Below are positions 27,507 to 36,645 of a stretch of DNA of 64,000 bases, piece after piece. The first letter of the stretch is position 1; each line of letters starts with the position of its first letter. Location: positions 1,299,696-1,363,695 of the forward strand of contig OZ243964.1 in assembly GCA_965214635.1 (NCBI GenBank), read 5' to 3'. The notes below the pieces were generated by a model. The model made no database searches. It saw only the letters and a list, made by a program, of their open reading frames with translations, and was not told the origin of the DNA. The DNA is from Dehalococcoidia bacterium. Lineage in GTDB: Bacteria; Chloroflexota; Dehalococcoidia; Lucifugimonadales; JADFKI01. The position numbers and the translations under genes are program-made.

Positions 27507-30491
27507 ATGACGCCTACGAAACTAGTCAGCCCAATCATCAACCGTCCCTATGCCCCGCCAGAGTGGCACTGGCAGCGCCATACCGATGGCCGCATCGCCG
27601 ACGCTCCGCAGCAATCGGGGCGTTACCCAGCCACAGGCGAATTACCCACCGCCGTGAAGGGGCTAGACCTGCAGGCACGCAACCCTAGGCAACCAATGGG
27701 CGACATGACCGACATGCTGCCCCATCTGGCGCTGGTGAACGACATCCGCGCGGAAGTCTCCGTATGGCAGAGCCAAGCCTACCCCGGCGCAACTCGCGTT
27801 TCCCGCGAACTCATAGGGCATTGGCTCAACCCCGACAGGGGCGGCCTCTACTTTGCCCAGAAGGAAGCCATATTGACCGCCATTTGGCTGGGCGAAATTG
27901 CCCCACGAACACAGGCAGGCAATGGCATCCTCAGAGAGCTGGACGAGATTAACGGTGTCATCAACGACGGCATCCCCCGCATCTGCCATCAGATGGCAAC
28001 CGGAACCGGCAAAACCGCCGTCATCGCCGCCATCATCCTTTGGCAGACCTGCAACCATCGGGAATACCCGGAAGACCGGCGCTTCACCAACCGCTTCCTC
28101 GCCATTACGCCGGGCATCACGGTGCAGGAACGGCTGGAAGCCGGCCTCCAGTACATGAAACACGGCAAGCCCGACCAGACCACCGAATACCTCAACCCCC
28201 ACCTGCACTTGGTGCCGCCGCAGTACGAATCCACCCTGCGCCACATTCGGCTCAAGGTGGTCAACTATCACAAGTTCATTCCGAAAGACCCAGACGGGCA
28301 GATGCCGACACGAGCCAAAACCCTTGCCCGCAAAGCCGATAACATCGAGACAGAACAGCAGGTGCTTGACCGCGTGCTCGGGCAGGACGCCAAGCCTATG
28401 GTGGTTTTCAACGATGAAGCGCACCACTGCCACCAAGGGGCGCCCGGCGCCAAGCGCAGCGCTAAGGCAAGCAAAAGCAAGTTCGTCTGGTTCAGCGCCT
28501 TGCGGATGCTCAGAGACCACGCCCTGATACACGGCACAGTGCGCGACCTGTCCGCCACGCCGTCGTTCATCGATGTGCGCGGCGCGCCCCTTTTCCCGTG
28601 GATAGTCTCTCAGTACGGCTTGCAGGAAGCAGAAGAAGCCGGCATCGTCAAGATCATGCGTCTGCCCGACACCGAGAACCGACCCGACGAATGGGACGAC
28701 GACCTGACCCGCAGCATCTATGCCCATACCAAAGACGGCAAGAACCTGACCCGCGAAGACGACGCCAGCAGCAACAAAGACCTGAAAATCGCCTTGAAGA
28801 TGATGTTTCTGAACTGGCAGGCGGTGCGGCAAAACGACAATTGGCAGCAGCGAAATGTTCCGCCCGTGTTGGCAATCATCGTCAACAACATCAAGAATGC
28901 CAACCGTGCATTCGACTACATCGCCGGCTGGGAGCACGACGAAACCCTCTACCCCGGTCGGCTCGGCAACGAACTGTCCAACATCGATGTGAACGCCAAC
29001 GAATACCATCAGCACCCGCGCACCATCTTGGTGCACTCTCGGTTGGAAAACCCCGACGCCAGCGAAACTGGCGAATCGCAGCAATACCTGAAACGGCAAG
29101 CCGCAACATATCGCAGCCTGTATCCCAACGCCGTAACTGCTGGCAATGTGTCGTTTCCGCAAGCGTCGGACAAGGATGTGCTCCGTACGGTGCTGAACAC
29201 CGTGGGCAAAGCCGGACAGCCCGGCGAGCGAGTTCGCTGCGTGGTGTCCGTGGGGATGCTCACCGAAGGCTGGGACGCCCGCACCGTTACCCATGTCTTG
29301 GGCTTCCGCAGGTTCGGCACTCAGCTAATCTGCGAGCAAGTATCCGGGCGCGCCCTGCGCCGCGTCGCATATGATACCGACGAAGAGGGATACCTGTATC
29401 CCGAGTACGCCGACATACTCGGCATTCCCTTCGACAGCCTTGGGCGGCGTGGGCGAGCCGCTCCACCAATCACACCGCCACCACCGCCGCCGCACTACGA
29501 TGTGCACATCGTGGACGAGCGCTCAGACTTGAAAATCCGCTGGCCCAATGTTACGAACTATCGCCGGCCGCAAGGCAAGAACCCGCTGTCGCTGCAGCCG
29601 CCGCGCGACTGGGCTGGCGTGCCAGCATACGAAGCGCCCGACCACGAACGGGCTGAGCGCGTCCGCACTGCACCCGGCGCACCTGCCGGCGAGCAAAACC
29701 CGCTTTACGAACATCCCGCCACTCGGCAGGAGTTCCAGTACCTAGTCACCAAGTTCGCCGTCGACAAACTCACACAAGTCGACCGCGATGATGCCACGCT
29801 CAGTCGGGGACGCCTGTTCCAGCAGGCGCTTGCCATAATCCAAGAGGCCATCAGGCAAGGCAAGCTAACGGGCCCAGACCGCGATGACCGCTGGCCCAAC
29901 CGCCACACCCACGAACCCACCCGCGCCGCACAATGGCTGCTACAATACGCCGATGTTACCGTCGAAGGCGATGCAGCCAACACGGTGGTTGCCGAGAATG
30001 GCGAACCCGTATGGCTAGATTCCCGTCGGCTGCAGCCATACCAGAGCAACCGCGCCTACAAGCACGAAACCCGCAAGTCGGAGACCAACATCGCCGTTTG
30101 CGACTCCGACTGGGAGGTCGCCGTCGCCGAAACGCTCGACCGCCACCCGTCCGTCAAACGCTGGATTCGGAATGAGCGGCTGGGCTGGACAATCCCTTAC
30201 CGCCACGACGGGATGCCCCGCAACTACGAACCCGATTTCATCGCCGTGGCAGCGCTGCCGTCAGGGGGCGACCTTAACATCGTCATCGAGGTCAAAGGGC
30301 TGACGCGCGAAACCGACGCAAGCAAGCAAATCTGGACGACGCAATACTGGCTGCCAGCGGTGAATGCGCATCCCGAGTACGCCCACGCAGGCACATGGGC
30401 GTACCTGTATGTTGACCAAATGCCGACCGAAAACTATGTTATTGATGCCCTTACCAACATCATCCTGCAACACGATCCGGAGCGGGAGTAA
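27507..30491 (+). CDS. Type III-like restriction enzyme Res subunit (SF2 DEAH helicase + C-terminal PD-(D/E)xK nuclease)
   Basis: Track ORF 27432..30491, trimmed to ATG 27507 (GGAG 6 nt upstream). Helicase motifs: I MATGTGKT, II FNDEAHH, III LSATPSF, V-VI MLTEGWDARTV...QVSGRALRR. Pro-rich linker PPITPPPPPPH. Nuclease motif YEPDFIAV...NIVIEVKG. Confidence 0.9.
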   Translation: MTPTKLVSPIINRPYAPPEWHWQRHTDGRIADAPQQSGRYPATGELPTAVKGLDLQARNPRQPMGDMTDMLPHLALVNDIRAEVSVWQSQAYPGATRVSRELIGHWLNPDRGGLYFAQKEAILTAIWLGEIAPRTQAGNGILRELDEINGVINDGIPRICHQMATGTGKTAVIAAIILWQTCNHREYPEDRRFTNRFLAITPGITVQERLEAGLQYMKHGKPDQTTEYLNPHLHLVPPQYESTLRHIRLKVVNYHKFIPKDPDGQMPTRAKTLARKADNIETEQQVLDRVLGQDAKPMVVFNDEAHHCHQGAPGAKRSAKASKSKFVWFSALRMLRDHALIHGTVRDLSATPSFIDVRGAPLFPWIVSQYGLQEAEEAGIVKIMRLPDTENRPDEWDDDLTRSIYAHTKDGKNLTREDDASSNKDLKIALKMMFLNWQAVRQNDNWQQRNVPPVLAIIVNNIKNANRAFDYIAGWEHDETLYPGRLGNELSNIDVNANEYHQHPRTILVHSRLENPDASETGESQQYLKRQAATYRSLYPNAVTAGNVSFPQASDKDVLRTVLNTVGKAGQPGERVRCVVSVGMLTEGWDARTVTHVLGFRRFGTQLICEQVSGRALRRVAYDTDEEGYLYPEYADILGIPFDSLGRRGRAAPPITPPPPPPHYDVHIVDERSDLKIRWPNVTNYRRPQGKNPLSLQPPRDWAGVPAYEAPDHERAERVRTAPGAPAGEQNPLYEHPATRQEFQYLVTKFAVDKLTQVDRDDATLSRGRLFQQALAIIQEAIRQGKLTGPDRDDRWPNRHTHEPTRAAQWLLQYADVTVEGDAANTVVAENGEPVWLDSRRLQPYQSNRAYKHETRKSETNIAVCDSDWEVAVAETLDRHPSVKRWIRNERLGWTIPYRHDGMPRNYEPDFIAVAALPSGGDLNIVIEVKGLTRETDASKQIWTTQYWLPAVNAHPEYAHAGTWAYLYVDQMPTENYVIDALTNIILQHDPERE

Positions 30492-30530
30492 AGCGCGGGA
30501 ACAAAGACCACGAACACAGAGGCACCACAG

Positions 30531-33272
30531 ATGGCACACTCGGAAAACCGACCACTAGACCAGTACAGCTACGACAGCGCCTCACGCGTCTCGCTAGCGA
30601 CGCAAGAAACTGGGTTGAACTTGCCTGACGAGCAGCTGGCCGAAACAGAGTATCAGATGCCCAAAGTGCAATCCAACTATCCCATTCTGCAATGGCGCCG
30701 CAGCCCGGACGCAGATGCGGGACGCTACGGCAGGCTGTTCATCCACGACAAGGTGTCTCCGGCAGAGTTCATGTCCAGCCTGCTCAAAGACCGCGAGGCT
30801 GCGCAGGCGAACTGGTTTCAGGATTTCAACAACCTGCCAGAGGGCGCACACTACGAACCCTACCTGCACGATAGCGGCAACTGGTCAAACCGTCTCATCA
30901 AGAGCACCGGACAGCGTGGCATGGCGTCCTTGCTGAACGACGAAGCCATGGCCGGGCAGGTCGACCTCATCTACATGGACCCGCCCTACAACATCAACTT
31001 CCGCTCCAACTTCCAAGGGATGATTGGCGACACCAACACCGGAGAGCGCTGGCAAGACATCCCCGCCGATGTGCGGCAGGTCAAGGCGTTCCGCGATTCC
31101 TACCGCGACGGAGTGCACTCTTACCTTGACCAGCTGCGCGTGCAACTGACGCACGGCAGAGAATTGCTCAAAGACAGCGGCAGTTTCGTAATGCAAATCG
31201 GGCCCGACAACCTGCACTACATCGCCGTGATGATGAGCGAGATATTTGGACACGAAAACCATGTGGCAACAATCCCGTACCGAACCGCAACCAACCCGAG
31301 CACTCGCCTGCTGCCTGAAATCGGAAACTGGCTGATATGGTACGCCAAAGACAAGGGAAGCATCAAATACCGCCAACTGTACACCCCTACTAGCAGCCGA
31401 CAAGACATCATGGATCTGTGGAGAGACCGTGTAAGGTATGAAGCACCATCCGGAGAAATCCGAACCCTCACCAGCGACGAGAAACGCAACCCGATGAATA
31501 TACCTGAGGCGGGCAAGTTGCTTATGACCTACCCGTGCCACTCAAGCCATGTGAGCAACACCGGACGCAGCGACGACTTCTACCATCATCCAAACGGGAA
31601 GCCGTGTCCCGAGCATGCCGAAGACTGGGAAAAGCACACATGCAGCAGCCAGTGCCATGCCGCTGAAAGAGAGAATTTGTCCAAACCGAACGGCACTCGT
31701 GCCTGCCCAAGGGGCCGCAGGTGCGGGTCCTTGTGTCGCGCCAATGGCTACCCGTGCCCGGCGGGTAGCCATTGGCGTGTAAGCCTGAAAGGCTTACACG
31801 CCATTGGAATGCAGGGAAGGCTGAGCATAGGCAGAAACGGGGGCATCCAATGGAAACAGTACGAAGATGAGGTCCCCGGCAGAACACTGAGCGCCGTCTG
31901 GGAAGGTGGCGGGAGAATAGTCGACAAGCGCTACATCGTGGAGACGCCGCCGACGGTGCTCCAACGCGTCTTGCTGATGACCACGGATCCGGGAGATCTG
32001 GTGCTCGACCCCACTGCGGGTTCTGGGGCGATGCCGCTGATGGCAGAGCGCTGGGGCAGACGCTGGATAGCCATTGACTCGTCCGCAGTCTCCGTTGCCA
32101 TCGCCCGCGAGCGCATCGCCACCGCAATCCACCCGTATCACATGCTGAAAGACTCGCCGACCGGACACCGCCGCGACCATGAGCTATACCAAGATCTGCT
32201 GCCGTCTGAGCAGCGCACCAAGTTCACGCCAAAGTCAGCGTATAGCCACGACCCGGCGCAAGGCTTCGTGCTGCAAAGGCAGCGGCGCGTATCAGCCGCT
32301 ACGCTGGCATACGGCTTCGACAACGAACCGCTAATCTACCATCCCGACCGCGCCGAGCCGGAATCTAGCAAGCGGCGCGTTAGCTCAGCCTTCACGGTGG
32401 AATCAGACCTGCCATTCAGCGCGATGCAGCCCAACTACGCCGATGCGCGCAACGGCATCGACGCAGACGGTCTGATAACGCTGCGCAACATGGAAGAGGC
32501 TCTGCTGACCAGCGGCATCAAGATATACAGCGACGATGGGAAGTCCGCCAAAACTTACCGCGTGTCTGACTTGGAATCCACAGTGGAGATCCCCGATGTC
32601 ACCCACACCGGGCGTATCATCGGCGAAGACGGCGACGCCAAAGAGGCGGTGTTCTACATCTGCCGCGAAGATGAGGTGGCGGGGCAATTCCAGACGCGCA
32701 ACCTAGCGGCAGCGGCGCGCAATCGGCGCACACCCTACGCCTGCGTCGTGGGCTTCGGGCACGAGGGCGACACCGGCTCAATGGAACGGTCGCAAGGCAC
32801 AGTAACCATCCTGAAAGTGCGGGCGAACCGCGACCTGATGATCCCCGGGCTTGAGCACAAGAGGGACGATGATGCGTTCGTGGTAATCAGCGAACCTGAC
32901 TTGATCATCCACGACGAACCCGACGACAAAATGAGCATCGAGGTTCGTGGGCTGACCACCTACAACCCTGCCACCGGTCAGGTGGAGCCTACGGGCGATC
33001 GGCGCATCGCGGCAATCATGACCGACACCTCATACGACCAAGAATCCTTCAAGGTTTGCCTGCTGAACTTGACATTGCAGGGGCAGAAGTCAGAGCGGCG
33101 TCTGAAGCAAATCCGCGACACTTTCCGCAGAGAGATTGACGATGCCAAGTGGAAGCGAATGCGCAGCAAGCGCACCCTAGCGTTTGACCCACCATCTGCG
33201 GGCGGCAAGATAGCCGTAAAGGTCATCGACCATACCGGCGTGGAGCACATGAAAGTGCTGGACATGCGGTAG
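30531..33272 (+). CDS. Type III-like Mod DNA methyltransferase (N4/N6 beta-class) with Cys/His-rich insert and long C-terminal extension
   Basis: 913 aa. Motif IV DLIYMDPPYN sits in the N-terminal part. Motif I VLDPTAGSGAMPLMAERWGRRWIAIDSS lies about 340 aa later, giving beta-class order with a central TRD. 8 of the 11 Cys fall in residues about 336-409. About 380 aa beyond motif I carry no motif I recognise. Confidence 0.9.
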   Translation: MAHSENRPLDQYSYDSASRVSLATQETGLNLPDEQLAETEYQMPKVQSNYPILQWRRSPDADAGRYGRLFIHDKVSPAEFMSSLLKDREAAQANWFQDFNNLPEGAHYEPYLHDSGNWSNRLIKSTGQRGMASLLNDEAMAGQVDLIYMDPPYNINFRSNFQGMIGDTNTGERWQDIPADVRQVKAFRDSYRDGVHSYLDQLRVQLTHGRELLKDSGSFVMQIGPDNLHYIAVMMSEIFGHENHVATIPYRTATNPSTRLLPEIGNWLIWYAKDKGSIKYRQLYTPTSSRQDIMDLWRDRVRYEAPSGEIRTLTSDEKRNPMNIPEAGKLLMTYPCHSSHVSNTGRSDDFYHHPNGKPCPEHAEDWEKHTCSSQCHAAERENLSKPNGTRACPRGRRCGSLCRANGYPCPAGSHWRVSLKGLHAIGMQGRLSIGRNGGIQWKQYEDEVPGRTLSAVWEGGGRIVDKRYIVETPPTVLQRVLLMTTDPGDLVLDPTAGSGAMPLMAERWGRRWIAIDSSAVSVAIARERIATAIHPYHMLKDSPTGHRRDHELYQDLLPSEQRTKFTPKSAYSHDPAQGFVLQRQRRVSAATLAYGFDNEPLIYHPDRAEPESSKRRVSSAFTVESDLPFSAMQPNYADARNGIDADGLITLRNMEEALLTSGIKIYSDDGKSAKTYRVSDLESTVEIPDVTHTGRIIGEDGDAKEAVFYICREDEVAGQFQTRNLAAAARNRRTPYACVVGFGHEGDTGSMERSQGTVTILKVRANRDLMIPGLEHKRDDDAFVVISEPDLIIHDEPDDKMSIEVRGLTTYNPATGQVEPTGDRRIAAIMTDTSYDQESFKVCLLNLTLQGQKSERRLKQIRDTFRREIDDAKWKRMRSKRTLAFDPPSAGGKIAVKVIDHTGVEHMKVLDMR
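31737..31853. repeat. cluster of three abutting hairpins / four CCAWTGG motifs inside the mod CDS
   Basis: Hairpin 1: 31741-31754 CCAATGGCTACCCG pairs with 31762-31775 CGGGTAGCCATTGG (14 bp perfect, 16 bp with the flanking CG). Hairpin 2: 31776-31785 CGTGTAAGCC pairs with 31791-31800 GGCTTACACG (10 bp, loop TGAAA). Hairpin 3: 31801-31812 CCATTGGAATGC pairs with 31843-31853 GCAT-CCAATGG (11 bp, 1 bulge). CCAWTGG occurs at 31741, 31769, 31801 and 31847. Confidence 0.85.
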
Positions 33273-33369
33273 GCGAAACGCCTCGACAGGCTTGACGGGG
33301 AGGGCGAACGCCTCGCCTGTGCGCTTCAGGCATAGGCAAAGCGACACAGTCGGTGTCAGAACAGGCTCA

Positions 33370-35805
33370 TCAGGTCAGCGATACCGGGTCAACATCCACG
33401 CTCCAGCCCTGTGGCAAGGTTACCCTGTCCAGCAGCGTGCGCGGATTTGCGCCCCGCAGCACGATGTGCCAGCGATAGCGCCCGCGTAGGCGCGCCGGGA
33501 ACGCCGGCATCGCCCCCAGCACATCGGTATCCGCATCGCCCCACGCTTGCTGCTGAAACCGAAGTTCTGCCGCAAGCCCTTGCGCCTCTTCCTCGCACAG
33601 GGCGCGGTTGGTGTGCGCAAACAGCAGCCGAATCAGCCTGCTGAACGGCGGGTTGCGATGCTGTCGCCGCTGCGCTATCTCTTGCGCATAGAACGCTTGG
33701 TAATCCTGCGCCGCCGCCGCTTGTATGGCATAGTGGTCGGGCTGGAAGGTCTGCACGATTACTTTGCCCTTCGCCTCGCCGCGCCCGGCGCGCCCTGCCA
33801 CTTGGTACAGCAGTTGAAACGCCCGCTCGCTCGCCCGGTAATCCGGGATGCTCAAGCCCACATCGGCGGACACAACGCCCACCAGCGTTACCGACGGGAA
33901 GTGTAGCCCCTTCGCTATCATCTGCGTGCCGACAAGCAGCTTCGCCTCGCCGGAGCGGAACCGATGCAGCAAAGCTTCGTGCGCCTTCGGGCTTGACGCC
34001 ATATCCCTGTCCCAGCGCAGCACGCCCGCGTCTGGATACTGGTTCGCCAGCTCATGCGCCACTGACTCGGTGCCTATGCCGAAGTAGCGCAAGCGGTAGG
34101 TGCCGCAGCGCTGGCACATCTCGGGCGGACGCCGCCGCCTGCCGCAGTAGTGGCAGATGAAGCGCCTAGATTCCTGATGGAATGTCATATTGACATCGCA
34201 ACTGCCGCACTTCAGCCCGTATCCGCAATGGGCGCACAGTAGCAACGATGCAGTGCCGCGTCGGTTGATGAACAGCATCGCCTGTTCGCCCGCCGCTACG
34301 CACTCATCCAGAGACGAGCGCAGCGCGCGGCTGAACATGTGGCTGCCCCCCTCTATCAGCTCAAGGCGCATATCCACCACATCCACACCGGGCAGCCCAC
34401 TGCCGCCGCTCCCGCTATCGCCGTGATGTTCGGCGTATCTGCGGCGCAGTCGGCGCAGCCGATGCCGCTTGCTCAGCCCGTTGGCGTATGTCCCCACATC
34501 CGGCGATGCGCTGCCCAGCACGAGGACTGCGCCCGTTCGCTCCGATATGCGCAGCGCCACGCTGCGGGCGTGGTATCGCGGCGTGGCGTCATTCTGCTTG
34601 TATGTCCATTCGTGTTCCTCGTCCATCACGATTAGCCCTAGCTCGGGTTGGGGAGCGAACACCGCGCTGCGCGAGCCGATGACCACGCCGTATTCGCCGC
34701 GCCGTATCTTCCACCACTGGTCGAACCGCTCTCCGTCCGACAGCCCGCTGTGAAGCACGCCCACCTGCCCGGGGAAGCGCGCCGCAAACCGCTCGATAGT
34801 CTGATATGTGAGGGCGATTTCGGGGACGAGGATGATGGCGCGCCTGCCTATGCGCAGGCAGTGCTGCACGGCATCGAGGTAAAGCTCGGTCTTGCCGCTG
34901 CCGGTTACGCCCTGTATCACGAATGCGCGGCGGGGCGTGCTTGACGCATCTAGCGCGGAACGGATGTCAGCGGCGGCGGATGCCTGTTCGTGGGTGAGGG
35001 TCGGCGGCTCGGCATGGTCGAACGCCCGTCCGTCCAGCGGGTCGCGCTCTATGCGTGTGGTGTGCATAACGAGCCAGCCCTTGTCTAGCAGCGCCTTCAC
35101 TGCGCCCGCCCCGAACTGCTTGCGCGCATGGGCAGCGTCCATTGCGTCGACACACCGCATATGCTCCAGCAGAGCGTACTGTTTGGGTGCGCGCTTTTCG
35201 ACTGATTGCAACCACTCGTCCACCGCATCCGTTGCGTCCGTTGACACGCTCACCATAGCGCGGTACTTGTGCCGCACGGACGGGGCGTCCAGCGTATACT
35301 CCCGCCGGACGATGCCCTTATTCACGAGCGCCGATATGGATGCGCCGATGTTCCCGCCGACCGCACGGGTCAGCCGTTCCTGACGCGCCACGCCGCGCTT
35401 CGCGATGTACTCTGCTACCCGTTGCTGTAAGGGAGTCAGCGTTTCGGGGTCAAAGGAATCGTCGGCAAGCGCTAGGTAGGTCTTGGGTCGGACGCGCCCG
35501 CCGGGTGGCAGCATAGGTGCGGCGGCTTCGAACAGCGAGCAGATGTAGCGCTCACCAATCCACTCTGCTAGTTCGAGTTGTGCGGCGTCCAGCAGCGGCT
35601 CGTCGAACACGGCGGCGTCTATGTCCCGTGTGCGCTCCACTTGCGGCGTATCTGCTAGCCGCATCACCAGCCCCTGCATCTTGCGTCGCCCAAACGGAAC
35701 GGCAACCAGCTGCCCGGCTCGTATGCGCAGCGTATCGGGGATGGCGTAGCTAAAAGTCTGCCCAACGCCCGTTGGCACATCCACCGCAACTTCTGCGTAT
35801 CTCAT
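33370..35805 (-). CDS. priA: primosomal protein N' (replication restart helicase)
   Basis: 811 aa. Walker A GVTGSGKTE, Walker B IVMDEEHE, and a Cys-rich zinc region CAHCGYGLKCGSCDVNMTFH...CHYCG...CQRCG. Confidence 0.95.
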   Translation of the reverse strand: MRYAEVAVDVPTGVGQTFSYAIPDTLRIRAGQLVAVPFGRRKMQGLVMRLADTPQVERTRDIDAAVFDEPLLDAAQLELAEWIGERYICSLFEAAAPMLPPGGRVRPKTYLALADDSFDPETLTPLQQRVAEYIAKRGVARQERLTRAVGGNIGASISALVNKGIVRREYTLDAPSVRHKYRAMVSVSTDATDAVDEWLQSVEKRAPKQYALLEHMRCVDAMDAAHARKQFGAGAVKALLDKGWLVMHTTRIERDPLDGRAFDHAEPPTLTHEQASAAADIRSALDASSTPRRAFVIQGVTGSGKTELYLDAVQHCLRIGRRAIILVPEIALTYQTIERFAARFPGQVGVLHSGLSDGERFDQWWKIRRGEYGVVIGSRSAVFAPQPELGLIVMDEEHEWTYKQNDATPRYHARSVALRISERTGAVLVLGSASPDVGTYANGLSKRHRLRRLRRRYAEHHGDSGSGGSGLPGVDVVDMRLELIEGGSHMFSRALRSSLDECVAAGEQAMLFINRRGTASLLLCAHCGYGLKCGSCDVNMTFHQESRRFICHYCGRRRRPPEMCQRCGTYRLRYFGIGTESVAHELANQYPDAGVLRWDRDMASSPKAHEALLHRFRSGEAKLLVGTQMIAKGLHFPSVTLVGVVSADVGLSIPDYRASERAFQLLYQVAGRAGRGEAKGKVIVQTFQPDHYAIQAAAAQDYQAFYAQEIAQRRQHRNPPFSRLIRLLFAHTNRALCEEEAQGLAAELRFQQQAWGDADTDVLGAMPAFPARLRGRYRWHIVLRGANPRTLLDRVTLPQGWSVDVDPVSLT

Positions 35806-35940
35806 ACTCTGTCCTGACGAACTGGTCTAGCAAGCCGCACACCCTAGTCAGAACATTTTATCAAAGAATCCCGATGCAATCGGGGTTATGCAGCTGAAGA
35901 ATGCCCCTGTGCAGGCGGGATATATGCGGGATGTATAAAG

Positions 35941-35970
35941 AGAGGCGCATCAAATGACCGATGCGCCTCT
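35941..35970 (-). terminator. intrinsic-terminator-like hairpin downstream of rplS
   Basis: AGAGGCGCATC (35941-35951) pairs with GATGCGCCTCT (35960-35970): 11-bp perfect stem, 8-nt loop. On the minus strand it is followed by CUUUAU. Lies 38 nt after the rplS stop. Confidence 0.55.
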
Positions 35971-36007
35971 TGTGAGAATACGGGGAGCGAATGAAATGGC
36001 GAATCTG

Positions 36008-36352
36008 CTAGCGGCGCTCTTTGATGCGCGCGGCACGCCCGGACAGCCCGCGTAGGTAGTACAGGCGTGCGCGGCGAACCTTGCCGCGTCGCATTACTTT
36101 GACCGCCTCCACATTGGGGGAGTGGATTAGGAATGTGCGCTCCACGCCGACTTCGTGGCTGACGCGGCGCACGGTGAACGATGAGCCGGGGCCGCCGCCT
36201 CGCTTCCGGATGACCACGCCTTGAAACGCCTGCGTCCGCGTGCGCTCACCCTCAGTAACCTTGATCTCCACGCGCACCGTATCGCCGGGCTGAAACTCTT
36301 CGATGTTCGGGTTTGCCTCAAACTGGACCAGTTCGTGGGCTTCCATATCCAT
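36008..36352 (-). CDS. rplS: 50S ribosomal protein L19
   Basis: 114 aa. [35 protein letters not shown]...[16 protein letters not shown] is canonical L19. It stands alone, with no trmD or rimM upstream. Confidence 0.95.
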   Translation of the reverse strand: MDMEAHELVQFEANPNIEEFQPGDTVRVEIKVTEGERTRTQAFQGVVIRKRGGGPGSSFTVRRVSHEVGVERTFLIHSPNVEAVKVMRRGKVRRARLYYLRGLSGRAARIKERR

Positions 36353-36645
36353 CCTACCTTGCGTGCATCACTTTCCAAAATAACCTATCTATAATACCGC
36401 CAACGCCGCCACACACGCAAGTGTTAGTGTGCCAGAAAGTTCCCAATGGGCAAGTGGGTTAAGAAAGCCCTTGCAGCCAGCAAGAGTATCGGGGAGCATG
36501 AGCAGGCTGTGCAGCGCCCATTCGCTCCCGCCGATGGCCTTTCGGCATTGAACCATAGGGCAATGCTTGTTAGACTTATGACCTGATTTGTAGGAGTTGC
36601 CGATATGCGAATGGCGATTGACGGACGCATCTGGGTTACGGCGGT

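Noticed and set aside
27663-29294. 543-aa ORF antisense to the res gene. Similar long shadow ORFs: 8311..9255(-), 55435..56577(-), 44936..46069(-), 15140..16081(+), 37113..38027(-), 21691..22464(-).
   Set aside because: Each lies fully inside, and opposite or out of frame to, a gene with clear family motifs. Their translations are Arg/Ala/Gly/His-rich low-complexity sequence without motifs. Stop-poor alternative frames are typical of a high-GC genome.
33272-33315. Imperfect direct repeat GGCGAA(A)CGCCTCG at 33272-33285 and 33303-33315, right after the mod stop. Considered as a possible insertion-boundary repeat.
   Set aside because: It is short and imperfect, and I found no matching copy upstream of res (27119-27506). 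More likely weak terminator-like GC stems between convergent mod and priA.
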